64,000 bases of DNA from Anolis carolinensis (GCF_035594765.1 NC_085846.1:54671190-54735189); one strand, 5' to 3'. Counted from the stretch's first letter, positions 37,610 through 50,386 are shown. Translations and numbers: made by a program. Notes: generated from the letters alone by a model not told the origin.

Positions 37610-38760
37610 AGAGAATACTTCTGGAACATGGCCATACAGCCCAGAATAGATACAACAATCCTGTGATTCTGGCCATGAAAGCCTTCGACAACACAATATT
37701 ATTGTTTCTGATTAGTCCTATTATTTTTAGTATTATGTTTTTATACCCTACTTTCTGCAAAAGAGACACAAAGTGATTTACATCAAAATCAAATGCAATA
37801 CAATTTAAAACCTGAAAATATACAACCATTAAAATAGAATTAAATATTGATGGTATTAAAATAATAGTTTAAGTCCTTAAAAAATAGATTAAAATATATT
37901 CAGGCATTACATCATATAAGTATGCAGAAGGCCTAAGGATGCCAACTCTAGCTTTGGTTCCTCCACTCCAAACCTCTAGGGAAGAATTGCAAAGAAGTAA
38001 CCACTTCAAATTAAAGGACTGGAAAACTTGGTTCATCAAATTATAGCTTCCTGGTTTCATTGACATTTCCAATAATAGTCAGTTGGATACCAACATACTC
38101 CTTCACAGATCATCTCCATCAACATGGGGAGGCCAATAGCTGAAGGCAAGACTAGAGCATGAGTCAGGCATAAGTCTTTCCTTGTGCTTTTAGAAGTTTC
38201 CACTTGATATATCCAGAACTTTGGACTATAGATCCCAGAATCCCAAACCAACATGGTCAATGGCTTTTGTTAGGAACCATAGTCTAAAAAAGAATGTTTA
38301 CCAGCCTATAGATACAGCAAGCTCACTGTGTCCATGTTCTCCCTTTCTAACACCCCTTGCCATAATATGTGTAGTCCTGTAGTGCATGTATTGTTTGCAT
38401 CAAAATTGGAACATAATATTGTGATGTTTTTCCCTAGAACTCTTTTGCTTAAATCTATTTTTAAAAATACAGTTTCTGTATTGGAGTGTACAGTCTTGCC
38501 ATTAAATCTATTAGGTCCCACTATAGAAAAATGCCTACTACTACATTATTTTTGGAAAGTGTTTCATCCTATTTGGAAATATCAAGTTTAAAAAAATACT
38601 GTTACCACATGGTGAGCCACATATTTCCACAAATAAAAAAGAGATTTTGTGTACATTTTCTCAGTTTTTTTATAGTTTGCAAAGCTCTCTTTTAGCAGAA
38701 ACCAAAGCATCTGTTCTAATAAGGAATATCTCTAATTATTAGGCATCTATAAACAGCACT

Positions 38761-39027
38761 TTTTTGTGTGTCAGGAGCAACTTGAGTCACTTCTGGAGTG
38801 AGAGAATTGGCCATCTGCAAGGACGTTGCCCAGGGGACATCCGGATTTCTTTTGATGTTTTTACCATCCTTGTGGGAGGCTTCTCTCATGTCCCCACATG
38901 GAGCTGGAGCCGATAGAGGAAGCTCATCCGCACTCTCCCTGAGTGGGATTTGAACCTGTCAGCTTTCAGGTCAGCAACCCAACCTTCAAGTCACGAGGCT
39001 TTAGTCCACTAGGCCATCGGGAGCTCC
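38761..39027 (-). mobile_element. tRNA-derived SINE (family of 30025)
   Basis: Reverse complement of the 30025 family, with TSD AACAGCACT (38752-38760, 39028-39036). Confidence 0.92.
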
Positions 39028-39795
39028 AACAGCACTATATGTGTGATAGATATTATCAATTCCACATGAAATTGCTGGCAATCCTTGCCCCACCCCCATT
39101 ATTCTGGTCATGTCCCTGCAAGACAATCTTCTGTCAGATGAAGACATTCTTAAATGCCAGAGAATTAGGAAAACCTCACAACTAATACCACAAGTCAAAT
39201 CACAATCATTCCTTCAATATCTACTTTCTGACTCAAACGGGAACAGACAATTCATGCAAATAAAGCATTTACCCAACACACTGAACAAAGAAAAACTGAT
39301 TTTTTTCAAATATGTTTGTGGGGGATAGCCCACTTGGGAGCTGCAGTGATGACCGGTGGCATTTCTGGCAGCATGCGGGAGATGCCATTTTAGAACATTC
39401 CCTTATGTAGAAAAACATGCCAGAGATTACTACAAAGCCTTTTCTTTGCTTTGCTACTTTAGTATGTAAAGGACCCCATCCTGATTTTGCTTATTGGCCC
39501 AATTTTGAGGGAAGTCATTCAGAAGCTTTTGAAATTTGGGCCATGATTTCAAGGGATCCAATTATTCAGAATACTGTATACTATGATGACAGCCTTCTTC
39601 TTAATTATTAATTAATTAAATATTTTAAACTTGTGGAAGTATAAACCTGTGGAAGTAGCAGCAGAGGAACAATCTTGGTCACTCCAGTTAGTTGCTAAAA
39701 AATAATTTTTTAATGAAGGATTATATCAGTATATTCAGGAGCATAAAAGAACAGCAGAGCTATATTGTAACCATAGATTTTCTAAAATGAAGTTA

Positions 39796-40593
39796 AGAAC
39801 TTCATCACAAGGGAGCTGGAGAAAACGAGGGAAAGCGGGGGAAAGGGTGGAGTTTCATGGGGTTCTGTCTTTAAAGAAGATGAAGAATTTACTCACTCCC
39901 ATTTCACAAGATCACCTCCTCCAGCTTCTAACTCAAGCATCCACTTAATTTCCACAACATAGGCAGGCGATGACTCCTCCCATTTCAAGGATACCAGCAC
40001 ACTTTTTAAAATATGCATCATTCAAGACAGCACTGCCTTCAAGATTCTTCCACTGAAGCAGATTTAAGGCATTTTTCTTAAGGTGGCAGTTTCCCTGGGG
40101 TCGTTTGCACTAAGATTTGTTTCCTCCCATTGTTCCTCCAGGATTTTGATTATTTATCTTTTGAAAAAAAAATCACCCTGGATCGTAGGAAGTGGTTTTA
40201 AATTAACCTTTGTCTTTCCCCAAGCCTCTGCATTGGCAATCGTAGGAATTAACCCTGATCTTTCCCCAATCCTCTGTACTGGCAATCTGGGGAAATAGGC
40301 TTCTCTCTTCCCACACACAGCATCATCATTTCATTTACAATTGGGGAAAAAAGTGGGCAACAAAGATTAATGTCACTCAGGGAAATTGGCCATTTTGCCT
40401 GTCTCTATGAGGGGAATTTAAAAATAAGTCAATTACCAACTGGCGTAGGAATCATTGGAAAAACCAACACTTTAAAAATGGCAAAATACCCCACCCCCAC
40501 AGTTGAAGTTTGCATCATGTGGAGGACACTGGCCTGGGTTGCCATTTCTTAAATGTGTAGAAACACTGATTTTACTGTGTGTGATGAAGTCCT
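39796..40593. mobile_element. PIF/Harbinger-like non-autonomous element
   Basis: TIR AGAACTTCATCACA / TGTGATGAAGTCCT in a TWA context. Confidence 0.6.
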
Positions 40594-41165
40594 TAGTTGC
40601 TTCTTTCAAATTACATTTACTGAAATAAATATAAATACCTTTTCATGGGCATTTATATTTGATGGTGACAGTAAATTCTAAAGAGAGTTGAAACTGGGGA
40701 AACAAGGGCCCAAATCCTAGCTGTCAGCTCTATTAAAAGTGAAATCATCACAGGCAGACTTGTCTTGATATCTGAGATATTGAGGTAGTGTTGAAGAAAT
40801 TCTCTGAACAGCATTCCTATAATGATTAATCTGAAAAAGAAATACACAATTGTATCTTCTTCTTTAATAATAGAATTAACTTGATAAGAATACCTCAGTA
40901 ACTTATCTCCTTTGATGTGTAACAGTAACTTTCAAATTTATAGTTACGAGCCCATCCCCATCTAAATGGTAGATGAGGAATTATCAAATATTTCATCTCT
41001 GAAAATATATTAAAACATTCACTGAGAGCTACTACCTGTACAAACAAGTTGGCAAAATTGAAATCAGTTTTGCCTCTGCCAAAAAATGCAAGGAAACATT
41101 CAACTATGTCAGCAGTCCTTTCTGATCATACCAGAATTCTACCACTTCATTGCATTGTATGTCTC

Positions 41166-42312
41166 GAGGTCAGTCGTAAGTCTGATCAGGGCATAGGGTG
41201 GCAACCTGTGCTTGACAGGGTCGCACTCCCCCTGAAGGCGCAGGTCTGCAGCTTGGCAGTCCTCCTGGATTCAGCGCTAACACTTGATGCTCAGGTGTCG
41301 GCGGTGGCCAGGAGGGCCTTTGCACAACTTGTGCACCAGCTGCGACCATACTTTGTGAAGTCTGACTTGGCCACAGTGGTCCACACCTTAGTCACCTCTA
41401 GACTGGACTATTGCAATGCACTCTACGTGGGGTTGCCGTTGAAGACAGCCTGGAAACTACAATTAGTTAAATGTTCGGTAGCCAGACCGCTAACGAGAGC
41501 GAATTACAGGGAGAGGTCAACTCCCCTGTTTAAGGAGCTCCACTGGCTACTGATTACTTTCTGGTCCCAATTCAAGGTGCAGGTTCTTACCTATAAAACC
41601 CTAAATGGTTTGGGACCTGCCTACCTTCGTGACTGTATCTCCCCCTATGAACCCACATGATCTCTTCATTCATCCGGAGAGGCCCTTCTCTTGCTCCCGC
41701 CACCATCGCAGGCTTGGTTGGTGGGGACGAGGGAGCGGGCCTTTTCAGTAGTTGCCCCCAGGATCTGGAACTCCCTCCCGGGGGTAATCAGGCAGGCACC
41801 CACCCTTGCTACTTTTAAAGGCAGCTTAAAACTTGGCTTTTTCGCTGTGCATTTGAATAACTGAGTCCCCATGACCAAAAGTCAGATCAATACACCTTCT
41901 TTCGCACAGGTCCCTTTTTTCATAACAAATTGGCCGGCCGTCTCCCACCCCTTTAGTCCAGGAATGTTTACACTTTGTCCTTTAACCCAAAGCACTTTAG
42001 AACTATATTATTGAACCTTAGCTTAGGTGGCCCCTCCACGCCATCCCCTCCACCAACCTGGTGGCCCATTTTATTTTATTTTATTTTTAACTGATTTTAT
42101 TCTTAAGTGATTTATATGTTAATTGAGTTTTTATGATTTACTGTATTGTTTTGGTTAAGGTAACTGTTTTGTATAACTGCTGATTTTACTGTGTTTGTAT
42201 TGCAATGTGTTTTAACCTATCTACTGTTTTATATTTTCGGGCTTCTGACCCTTGTAGCCACCCCGAGTCCCTGCCGGGAGATGGTGGCAGGGTAGAAAAA
42301 TAAAATAAAGTT
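41166..42312 (+). mobile_element. L2 LINE, 5'-truncated
   Basis: The 3' part of ORF 41049-41660 has SRLDYCNALYVGLP..LHWL..FKVQVLTYK. 3' UTR and stem-loop tail match the family at 12358. Confidence 0.92.
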
Positions 42313-44594
42313 ACTTACTGTCCCATGGAGGCCATCACATGATGTAAGGCCACTTCTGGTGGTTGCCTGTGGGACTCCATTGTGGCAGCACAGGGAAACA
42401 GAGTGAAGTCTGCATGTTCTGGAGTGAGGTGCTATCAAACTCCTAACACATGGAAGCATGGAAAGGCAGGGCATGGGATGGCTGCCATCTCTGAATATGG
42501 AAAGGCACAGGATCTCAAAGATAGGAAATGAAATAATATGGTACCCTCTATTTTTCCATGCTCCCCCACCCCAATGGGCTAAAGTCCTATTGAGGGATGA
42601 TGCATGGATTGGACAGCAACTACGGTAAGCTTTCTAAATGCATTTTTTATTCGTGTAATAAGAACAATTGCTATCCAGGCATGTTCCAATTTCAAGCAAG
42701 ATGTGTTAGCAATGCTAGAAACCATTTTTAGAGCTTTGTGCAGCAATGTCCATAGTTGATATCCCCTTTTGACATCAACAGGCTTTAAAAAAGAAATCTT
42801 GTCGTGTCTAAACTCATTCAAAAACCCTTTAACTATACAATCCCATTACATTTAATTAGCACATTTATTTGAACAATAAAACCTTTCTATTTTTCCTTCC
42901 AGCAAAATGTCAATCAAAGAGTAAAAAATAAAGCTGAGGCAAGTAGTAAAAAACAAGTAACTAATCTTTCAAGTACATGACTATCTTTCAGTGGATTTCT
43001 AATTTTGGCACAATTTGAAATATCTTTGCTCACAGTAATCATTCCTACTGTTGACTCATCCTCACGTCCGCATGGCTTCATTAAAAAATATCTCATTTAA
43101 AAGGATCAAAACATAACATTTTGCTGGAACAGATGCCTTGTTTGAGTGAAGTGCCACATTTCTTTATTATTCAAAATGCTTTAATTTTAAACAAAACACA
43201 AGTAATAGCCAATGAGTGCTGGAGATAAAATCTGCATATGGTTTACTACAAGTGATATTGTCTGAGACCATTCTAAGGGCTTTGACATTGTGCTTTAAAC
43301 TGATTCGAATAAGCTGGTTGTTTTAATTTTGTCTTTTGTATCTAGCCTAATCCAAGCAAAAGGAAGTTCCAACACACTGGCATCATATGGACTTACAAAT
43401 GATTCATTTTATCATTTTTGATGCTGGGAATTGAAACCTACACCTTATTTCTCCCGCACTGTTAGGTCCCGAGAAAGACACCTACTCTGCTAGCTAATAT
43501 GTTTAATGCCTGTGATGATTTGACAGCTTTTCTAGTCTCTTTTATATTTCTGTTTTTGCCTTTATGGATGCCCCCAAATAACCCTGACTTGAAGGAGCTT
43601 CTAGATTCTGATAGAATGTAGGCTGTTTGGTTTGAAGCTTGTCCTTTTAAAAACATCCTACTTCATTGTTGTTAGACTTCTCCAAACGGTTTTCTGAAAT
43701 TGCAGTCATGTCCCCAAGTGATGAATGCTTCTTTATTATACTGTGTTCTTCCTTATGAAAGATCAGAGAGGGTGACATAGAGATTTTAGCAGACTTTAAT
43801 CCAGACACTGATAAGCTCAGACGCAAACCAGACAAATAGACAAATAGACCTACAGAATGCCTTACTATGGGACAGTGAGCTGTCTGTATCTGACTCACCT
43901 CTCAACCCTAGACATGTTTAAATAGGCTTCATATTAATTAGAAAATAATTGTGTCTCACAAAATCCTGTTCCTGGCCTCCCCCAGCTACTCAACCTGACA
44001 TGCCCTTGGGCAGTTACTCCACTTCATGCCAAAATAATTGGCCCCAACTAACCTTATACATCCTATCACATAGATCAGTTGTTCAGATAGTTGCTCTTGC
44101 CTGATAATCTAGGAAATTATTTGCCATTGCAACCTAAAAATAGTTAGCCATCCCCCAACAAAAGTATTTATTTATTTATTTATTTATTTATCAGGCGTGT
44201 GTCATCATCCCTGATTCAGGTCATCTCTGTTTGCTCTAGTTGCCTAGTCATTTCTTCTCATAACAAAAATACCTGCCCAGAGGGTTGAATGGCAGGGCGG
44301 GGTGGAAAAGCGAAATCTGTAAAAAGAAAGAGTGAAGAGGAAGTTAAATGATTTCTCTATAACCAAAGTACAGATAATGTGTACATAGCATACACACCAT
44401 GCTGGCTTCATGCAGTGATTCATTCTTATGTCACACACAGGAAACAAGAATCATTCCATTTAAGTCACCAGGAATGTTATCAGAAACAGTTTCCTGTTTA
44501 CTCCAGACAGAACTAATATAGTAATCAGCACCATTATTTTAGTGCAAATTACTTTTCTTTTATTGCCTCCTGAGTTGCATTTTTTAAAAAAGTA

Positions 44595-44902
44595 CAGTAG
44601 AGTCTCGCTTAGCCAACGTTCTGGATTATCCAACGCATTTTGGTAGTCAATGTTTTCAATACATCATGATATTTTGGTGCTAAATTCGTAAATACAGTAA
44701 TTACTACATAGCATTACTGCGTATTGAACTACTTTTTCTGTCAAATTTGTTGTTAAACATGATGTTTTGGTCCTTAATTTGTAAAATCATGACCTAATTT
44801 GATGTTTAATAGGCTTCTCCTTAATCTCTCCTTATTATCCACCATATTTGCTTATCCAACGTTCTGCCGGCCCGTTTATATTGGATAAGTGAGACTCTAC
44901 TG
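44595..44902. mobile_element. Tc1/mariner (Tigger-like) MITE
   Basis: TIR CAGTAGAGTCTCGCTTA / TAAGTGAGACTCTACTG with TA TSD. A second copy lies at 50635. Confidence 0.92.
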
Positions 44903-45539
44903 TATGTTGCATTTTTAAAAAAACTTGCTGTATTAACTTTGTGATTTTTTTTAAATACCCTCATATGCTAATATAATGACTTCTAGATTTTGGGGACCAA
45001 GAATCATATCCCCATTCAGGCATGGAAAGTGCATGGCCAGGAAAGTGAGGGTTAGTAGCCCAAGAAACACTTTTAGGCTAGTGCAACCTACATTTGGAAG
45101 GCATCGTGTTAGGTCTGCAAAGTACACCTCTACTTATTGCAGTTTGAAGTATTGTACTGAGATACACTGCAAGGACCATGTAATCTCCCAGTGCCACCAT
45201 TATGCCCAAGCATTTGGTGATCTGGATTTGTTTCTATCTTGAACCAAACTGCTTGGTGCTGCTTGCAAAAGTATCAGAGAAAGTGGTTTAATGCTGTAAT
45301 GCCCTGAGCAATTTTCCCTTGCTCACTCACTGCATACAAACCTGTTTCCATCTCAAAAAGTTCAAGGAAATGCTTTGCCCTCTCTGCCTTCCATCTCAGG
45401 GCCACTTTTGTCATGATGCCATTATTGTTACTGCTATCTTCCCATCTTTAATTTTCAAGCTGAAATGGGGGTCTCCAGATAACAGAAATGAACTTGTTCT
45501 CATGACCACCAATTCAAGCCCTTTCATGTCCTACTAGAG

Positions 45540-45674
45540 CAGTGATTCTCAACCTGTGGATCCCCAGATGTTTTGGCCTTCAACTCCCAGAAATCCCAAC
45601 AGCTGGTTAACTGGCTGGGATTTCTGGGAGTTGTAGGCCAAAACACCTGGGGACCCATAGATTAGGAATCACTG
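45540..45674. mobile_element. hAT palindromic MITE (family of 36436)
   Basis: TIRs and perfect TSD TACTAGAG. Confidence 0.92.
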
Positions 45675-45688
45675 TACTAGAGTTTCTT

Positions 45689-46309
45689 TCTTTTCTTTTT
45701 TTTTGGGTGGGTAAACAGTTTATTACTGATATGTTACATAACAAAACAGCAAATTATAGCAGATAAAGTCAAATAACAATCCTTTTGAAATTTACATGCA
45801 TATCTAGATTAGTCAATCAACCAGTTAATTCTAACATTAAGTACATATTATTATCAGTAATTCAAAACATATAGAATTACTCTTTCTACATGTTATCCGC
45901 TATTTTCAATCTAGATTTCTACTCATTTTTTTAAAGAAATTAAATATAAGAGTTCACCCTAACATTCAAACAAAGACATACACAGGTATTACACACAACA
46001 AACCCTGCACACACCTAAAACCCCTATCCCACACAAAATAAAACCCCTTCCCCACCCGTGCACCCTTCACCATGACTTCCAACCCTGAAGCATTATGAAG
46101 CCTTTGAGCCAATTTATCTATCCTTGTTAATAGTAACCCTAAATTCCTAATGGAACTCCTTTATATTACTGACTATCTATTCAGATATGCTATGGCCAAC
46201 TTCCATGTTTCTAAAAAGTCCTCATTACTTTTGTTCCTTCTATTATTGGTAATTTTGGCCATTAGCATATATTCCCACATTCTTTCCCTCCAATCCTTTT
46301 TAGTTAAAC
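45689..46309 (-). mobile_element. L1-clade LINE, 5'-truncated
   Basis: 17-bp TSD CTGTACTAGAGTTTCTT (45672-45688, 46310-46326), poly-T tail with minus-strand AATAAA, and an ORF2-like C-terminus KKDWRERMWEYMLMAKIT..FLETWK...Y. Confidence 0.82.
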
Positions 46310-46436
46310 CTGTACTAGAGTTTCTTACCATTACCAACAAAATTGCTGACCATTGTAAGTCTGACTGGGAGTAAACGTGAACCACTCAGTCAACTTCTGG
46401 CTATTAGCTATTGGAATCACCGCTGAAAATATGCCT

Positions 46437-46642
46437 AAGCAGCTGCTTCCCCCTGTGGCCAGAATCGAACATCCCCTCAGGAGAAGGTTAAATTGCCTCT
46501 GCGTCTGTCTGTCTCTGTCTCTGTTTGATGTGTTTATGGGCATTGAATGTTTGCTCTAAGTGTGTATAATGTGATCCGCCCTGAGTCCCCTTCGGGGTGA
46601 GAAGAGCGGAATATAAATACTGTAAATAAATAAATAAATAAA
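46437..46642 (+). mobile_element. 5'-truncated SINE with L2-type tail
   Basis: Nearly identical to 49807-50009, with a (TAAA)n tail. Confidence 0.9.
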
Positions 46643-47391
46643 TTAGTGATGATAATGAAACCTGGATAGTATCAATAATTGTTAAAACTGTAAATGATAT
46701 ACATGTTTAACTAACTAGAGGATATAATTGAAATTATAGTTGGGAAAGAGAAAGCGAGACCAACATTCGATAACATTTCCAGCTACCCAACTGTTCTTTC
46801 AATGATCTACTAACTGCTAAATCTGGTAAATGAATAAAGGCATGCCAGTGATAACTGACTAACTTTCTTGACTTCACATACAATTTCTCTGTAACCACTG
46901 TAGTTTGAGAGGGCTACTATGAGTCTTGTCCTGATTACAAATCAAGGCTGTCATTGAGCAAAGTCCAGCTCATCTCTTTCCTGTCCACATCATACCTCCT
47001 TGGGATTTTCCTTATATGGTCATGTTCAAGGCACACTGTCTGGCTTTTCCTTGACTATTTCTAACATCCAAATCTCTGAAATGAACTGAAACACTTTGAA
47101 CTGTCATTTCACTTTGGAATTGAATCATACCAATGAGATGTGAATGGTATCAAGTCTGATCTGACCTAGTAGAAATTGGTTCATGTCATCCCACTTGAGT
47201 TCAAGTTTTCACTTGAATCAGTTTATACCAATTCAAGATTTGGTATAAACCTTCTTTCTTATATCTGATTCTGATATGTTATTAGATTTAGGAGTGTAAC
47301 TAATAAACCAACAACTTCATCACTTCATGATCATCTTTGCACTTGGTGGCCTTCTGTGATGATTACCAAATCCCTTGAAGACAGTCTAGAG

Positions 47392-47517
47392 CAGTGGTTC
47401 TCAACCTGTGGGTTCTCGGATGTTTTGGCCTTCAACTCCCAAAAATCCTAACAGCTAGTAAACTGGCTGGGATTTCTGGGAGTTGTAGACCAAAACAACT
47501 AGGGTTGAGAACCACTG
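47392..47517. mobile_element. hAT palindromic MITE
   Basis: TIR CAGTGGTTCTCAACC with flanks GTCTAGAG / GTTTAGAG. Confidence 0.9.
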
Positions 47518-47525
47518 GTTTAGAG

Positions 47526-47645
47526 CAGTGGTTCTAGATGTTTTAGGTTTAAACTCCCAGCGGTTTCAGCTAGCATGGCAACTGGTCTAGAATTCAGGAA
47601 AGTGATGTCCAAAACATCTGGAAAATAAGAGGCTAAGAATCACTG
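47526..47645. mobile_element. Second, more diverged hAT MITE in tandem
   Basis: CAGTGGTTCT / AGAATCACTG ends with flanks GTTTAGAG / GTTTAGAG. Confidence 0.8.
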
Positions 47646-48068
47646 GTTTAGAGACTTCAGCTGGTCAAGAATTATGTGGTCTTCTTATTTATAAGGAAAT
47701 AAAGCACATTACTGAAAAAAAACGGGGCAGTGCTTTCCAGTTTGCTTCAAGAAGGTGTTGTTGCTGCTGCTGTTGGTAATGATGGTGATGATATTTCACC
47801 TTTTCTCCAGCACTAGAGCTTGGAAAATGCACATTGAAAAGCTCACACCATTAAAATAAATGAAAATAAATATACTACTAAACTATAAATAGAATTTAAA
47901 GGAATTTAAATGCATGTGTCCTTTAAAAATAGATGAGAATATTTCAAAAATAGAATCAAGGCAACACCTTATTAGCATGAGAGTTGGTTCCCAAAGAGTT
48001 GTTTAAACAAAAAAAAAAATCTGACATACACGAATGAATAATTTAAACATTTATACAATAATATGATA

Positions 48069-48490
48069 CAGTACTTGCATAACAATATATCATTCTTAGT
48101 GTTCCCCAGCTTAACAGCTAATGCATATACCTGCATGCATGATGGGGGTGGATATGTAGCAACGGCAATCATGTGGATGGAAATAATGCAAAGGATTGGA
48201 AATGTGGAATAGTTTTGTATTACATTAATTTGTTTTCTATTTTCGTGTCTGTGTTTTGTTTTATTTTTTATTTCATTGGAGTTGAGATACATTTTTGAAA
48301 ATATTAAAAAAAAAACCTCCATGTAAGGGCTGGGGGTTTTGGGGATGGGGGCCACCACATTTCCAATCCTTTGCATTAACATCCACATGGTTGCCATTGC
48401 TACATATCCACCCACATCATGCATGCGGGTATATGCATTAGCTGTTAAGCTGGGGAACACTAAGACTGATATATTGTTATGCAAGTACTG
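48069..48490. mobile_element. Long-TIR foldback element
   Basis: 48069-48207 and 48355-48490 are highly similar inverted repeats with CAGT termini and TA / CA flanks. Confidence 0.75.
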
Positions 48491-48799
48491 CATACATATA
48501 CCTTCTGAAACAATAATACAAAAGAGCTTGTTACTGGCAGAATGATCAACTTCCATCCACCTGCCCATGACGAATTCCTCTCCCAAAACACCACTGTGAT
48601 GTGATTTCATCTGAGAGGACTGATCACATGTCATACATTTTTGGATTTTTCTGGAAAACCTCAGGGTAAAAGGTAAGGTTCCTTTTTTTTATTAAAGCTC
48701 AAGGAATTGCATTGCAAGCAAATAGTCAAGAAAGTTGTGTGTCTGGATTGCAGCAGACATGAGGTATGTTTTTTTTCCATTAGTGTAAACACTAATACA

Positions 48800-50386
48800 T
48801 TGTTAAGTTCCAGGGTCAGAGAAGCAGATGGCAAAAACAGAACAGCCTACCTCAGGGGAGTGTGCTTGCTCCATCAGTGTTTAACATTTACACAAATGAT
48901 CAGCCACTGAAAGAAGGGCAGAGTGTTTCATCTATGCTGAGGATTGTGCCATCACCACTCAAGCAAGGAGCTTTGGAATGGTTGAACAAAAGCATTCTGA
49001 AGCTTTAGGTACTCTTACTGCCCATTACAGGGAAAACCAGCTGATTTAGGAATCCATCTAAAATGCAAGCGTGTGTTTTTCATCTTAAGAACAGACAAGC
49101 ATCTCAAGCTCTGAGGATTACCTGGGAAGAAATCCCACTGGAGAATTGCAGCACACCAAAATACCTGGGAGTTACTCTGGACCGTCTCTGTTTTACAAGA
49201 AGCACTGTTTGATTATCAAGCAAAAAGTGAGTGCTAGAAATAATAGCATACAAAAGCTGACTGGCACAACCTAGGGTCACCACCAGATACAGTGAACACA
49301 TCTGCCTTTACTCCTTGTTACTCTGCTGCTGAATACACATGCCTAATGTGGAATACATCTCACCACGTTAAAACAGTGGATGTGGCTCTTAATGAGACAT
49401 GCCACATTATCACAGGATATCACAGTTGCAGCCAGTAATGAAGGGACCAAGGCATTGACATCTCCGGGCCATCCTCTGTTCAGATATCAGCCAGAAAGCC
49501 AATCAAGAAATAGCTTTCTAAGATCTACAGAGATATTTGTAGGGGCCGGGCTGTGGCGCAGGCTGTTGAACAGCCTGCTGCAATAAATCACTCTGCCCAT
49601 GAGGTCATGAGTTCGAGGCCAGCCCGTGGCGGGGTGAGCACCCGTCAATTAAAAATAAAAAATAGCCCCTGCTCGTTGCTGACCTAGCAACCCGAAAGAT
49701 AGTTGCATCTATCAAGTAGGAAATAAGGTACCACTTATAAAAGTGGGGAGGCAAGTTTAACTAATTTTCGACTTGGAATGAGGAAGTGCTGTCAGAGTGG
49801 ATGATGAAGCAGCTGCTCCCCCCTGTGGCCAGAATCGAACATCCCCTCAGGAGAAGGTTAAATTGCCTCTGCATCTGTCTGTCTCTGTTTGATGTGTTTA
49901 TGGGCATTGAATGTTTGTCCTATGTGTGTATAATGTGATCCGCCCTGAGTCCCCTTCGGGGTGAGAAGGGCGGAATATAAATACTGTAAATAAATAAATA
50001 AATAAATAAATATTTGAAAGAACATCTCAACAAGCGAGAGTCCAAAAGTGGCAGGCTAAACCCCAGAACCTCAATCAGTGGCTGATACCAGGTGAGAAAC
50101 TCCCCCCTGGGAACACAGAAGACTGGGCGACTTAGGAGGCACTGAACAGACTGAGCTCTGGCACCACGAGATGCCAACCTTAAGAAATGGGGCTACAAAG
50201 TGGAGTCCACGACATGCAAGTGTGAAGAAGATCAAACCACAGACCACCTATTACAATGCACTTTGAATTCTGCCATATGCACAATGGAGGACCTTCTTAC
50301 AGTGACACCAAAGGCACTCCAAGTGGCCAGCTTCTGGTCAAGGGACATTTAGTACAATGCCAAAATTTTAACTTTGTTTGTGGGTG

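Larger units (their letters stand above)
37400..37694. mobile_element. Penelope-like element: inverted pair of pLTR fragments
   Basis: 37400-37524 and 37537-37661 are ~125-bp inverted repeats. The right arm continues to GAAAGCCTTCGACAACAC. Confidence 0.88.

Noticed and set aside
47972-48634. 220-aa ORF
   Set aside because: It spans the foldback repeat and simply reads both arms, with no recognisable domain.
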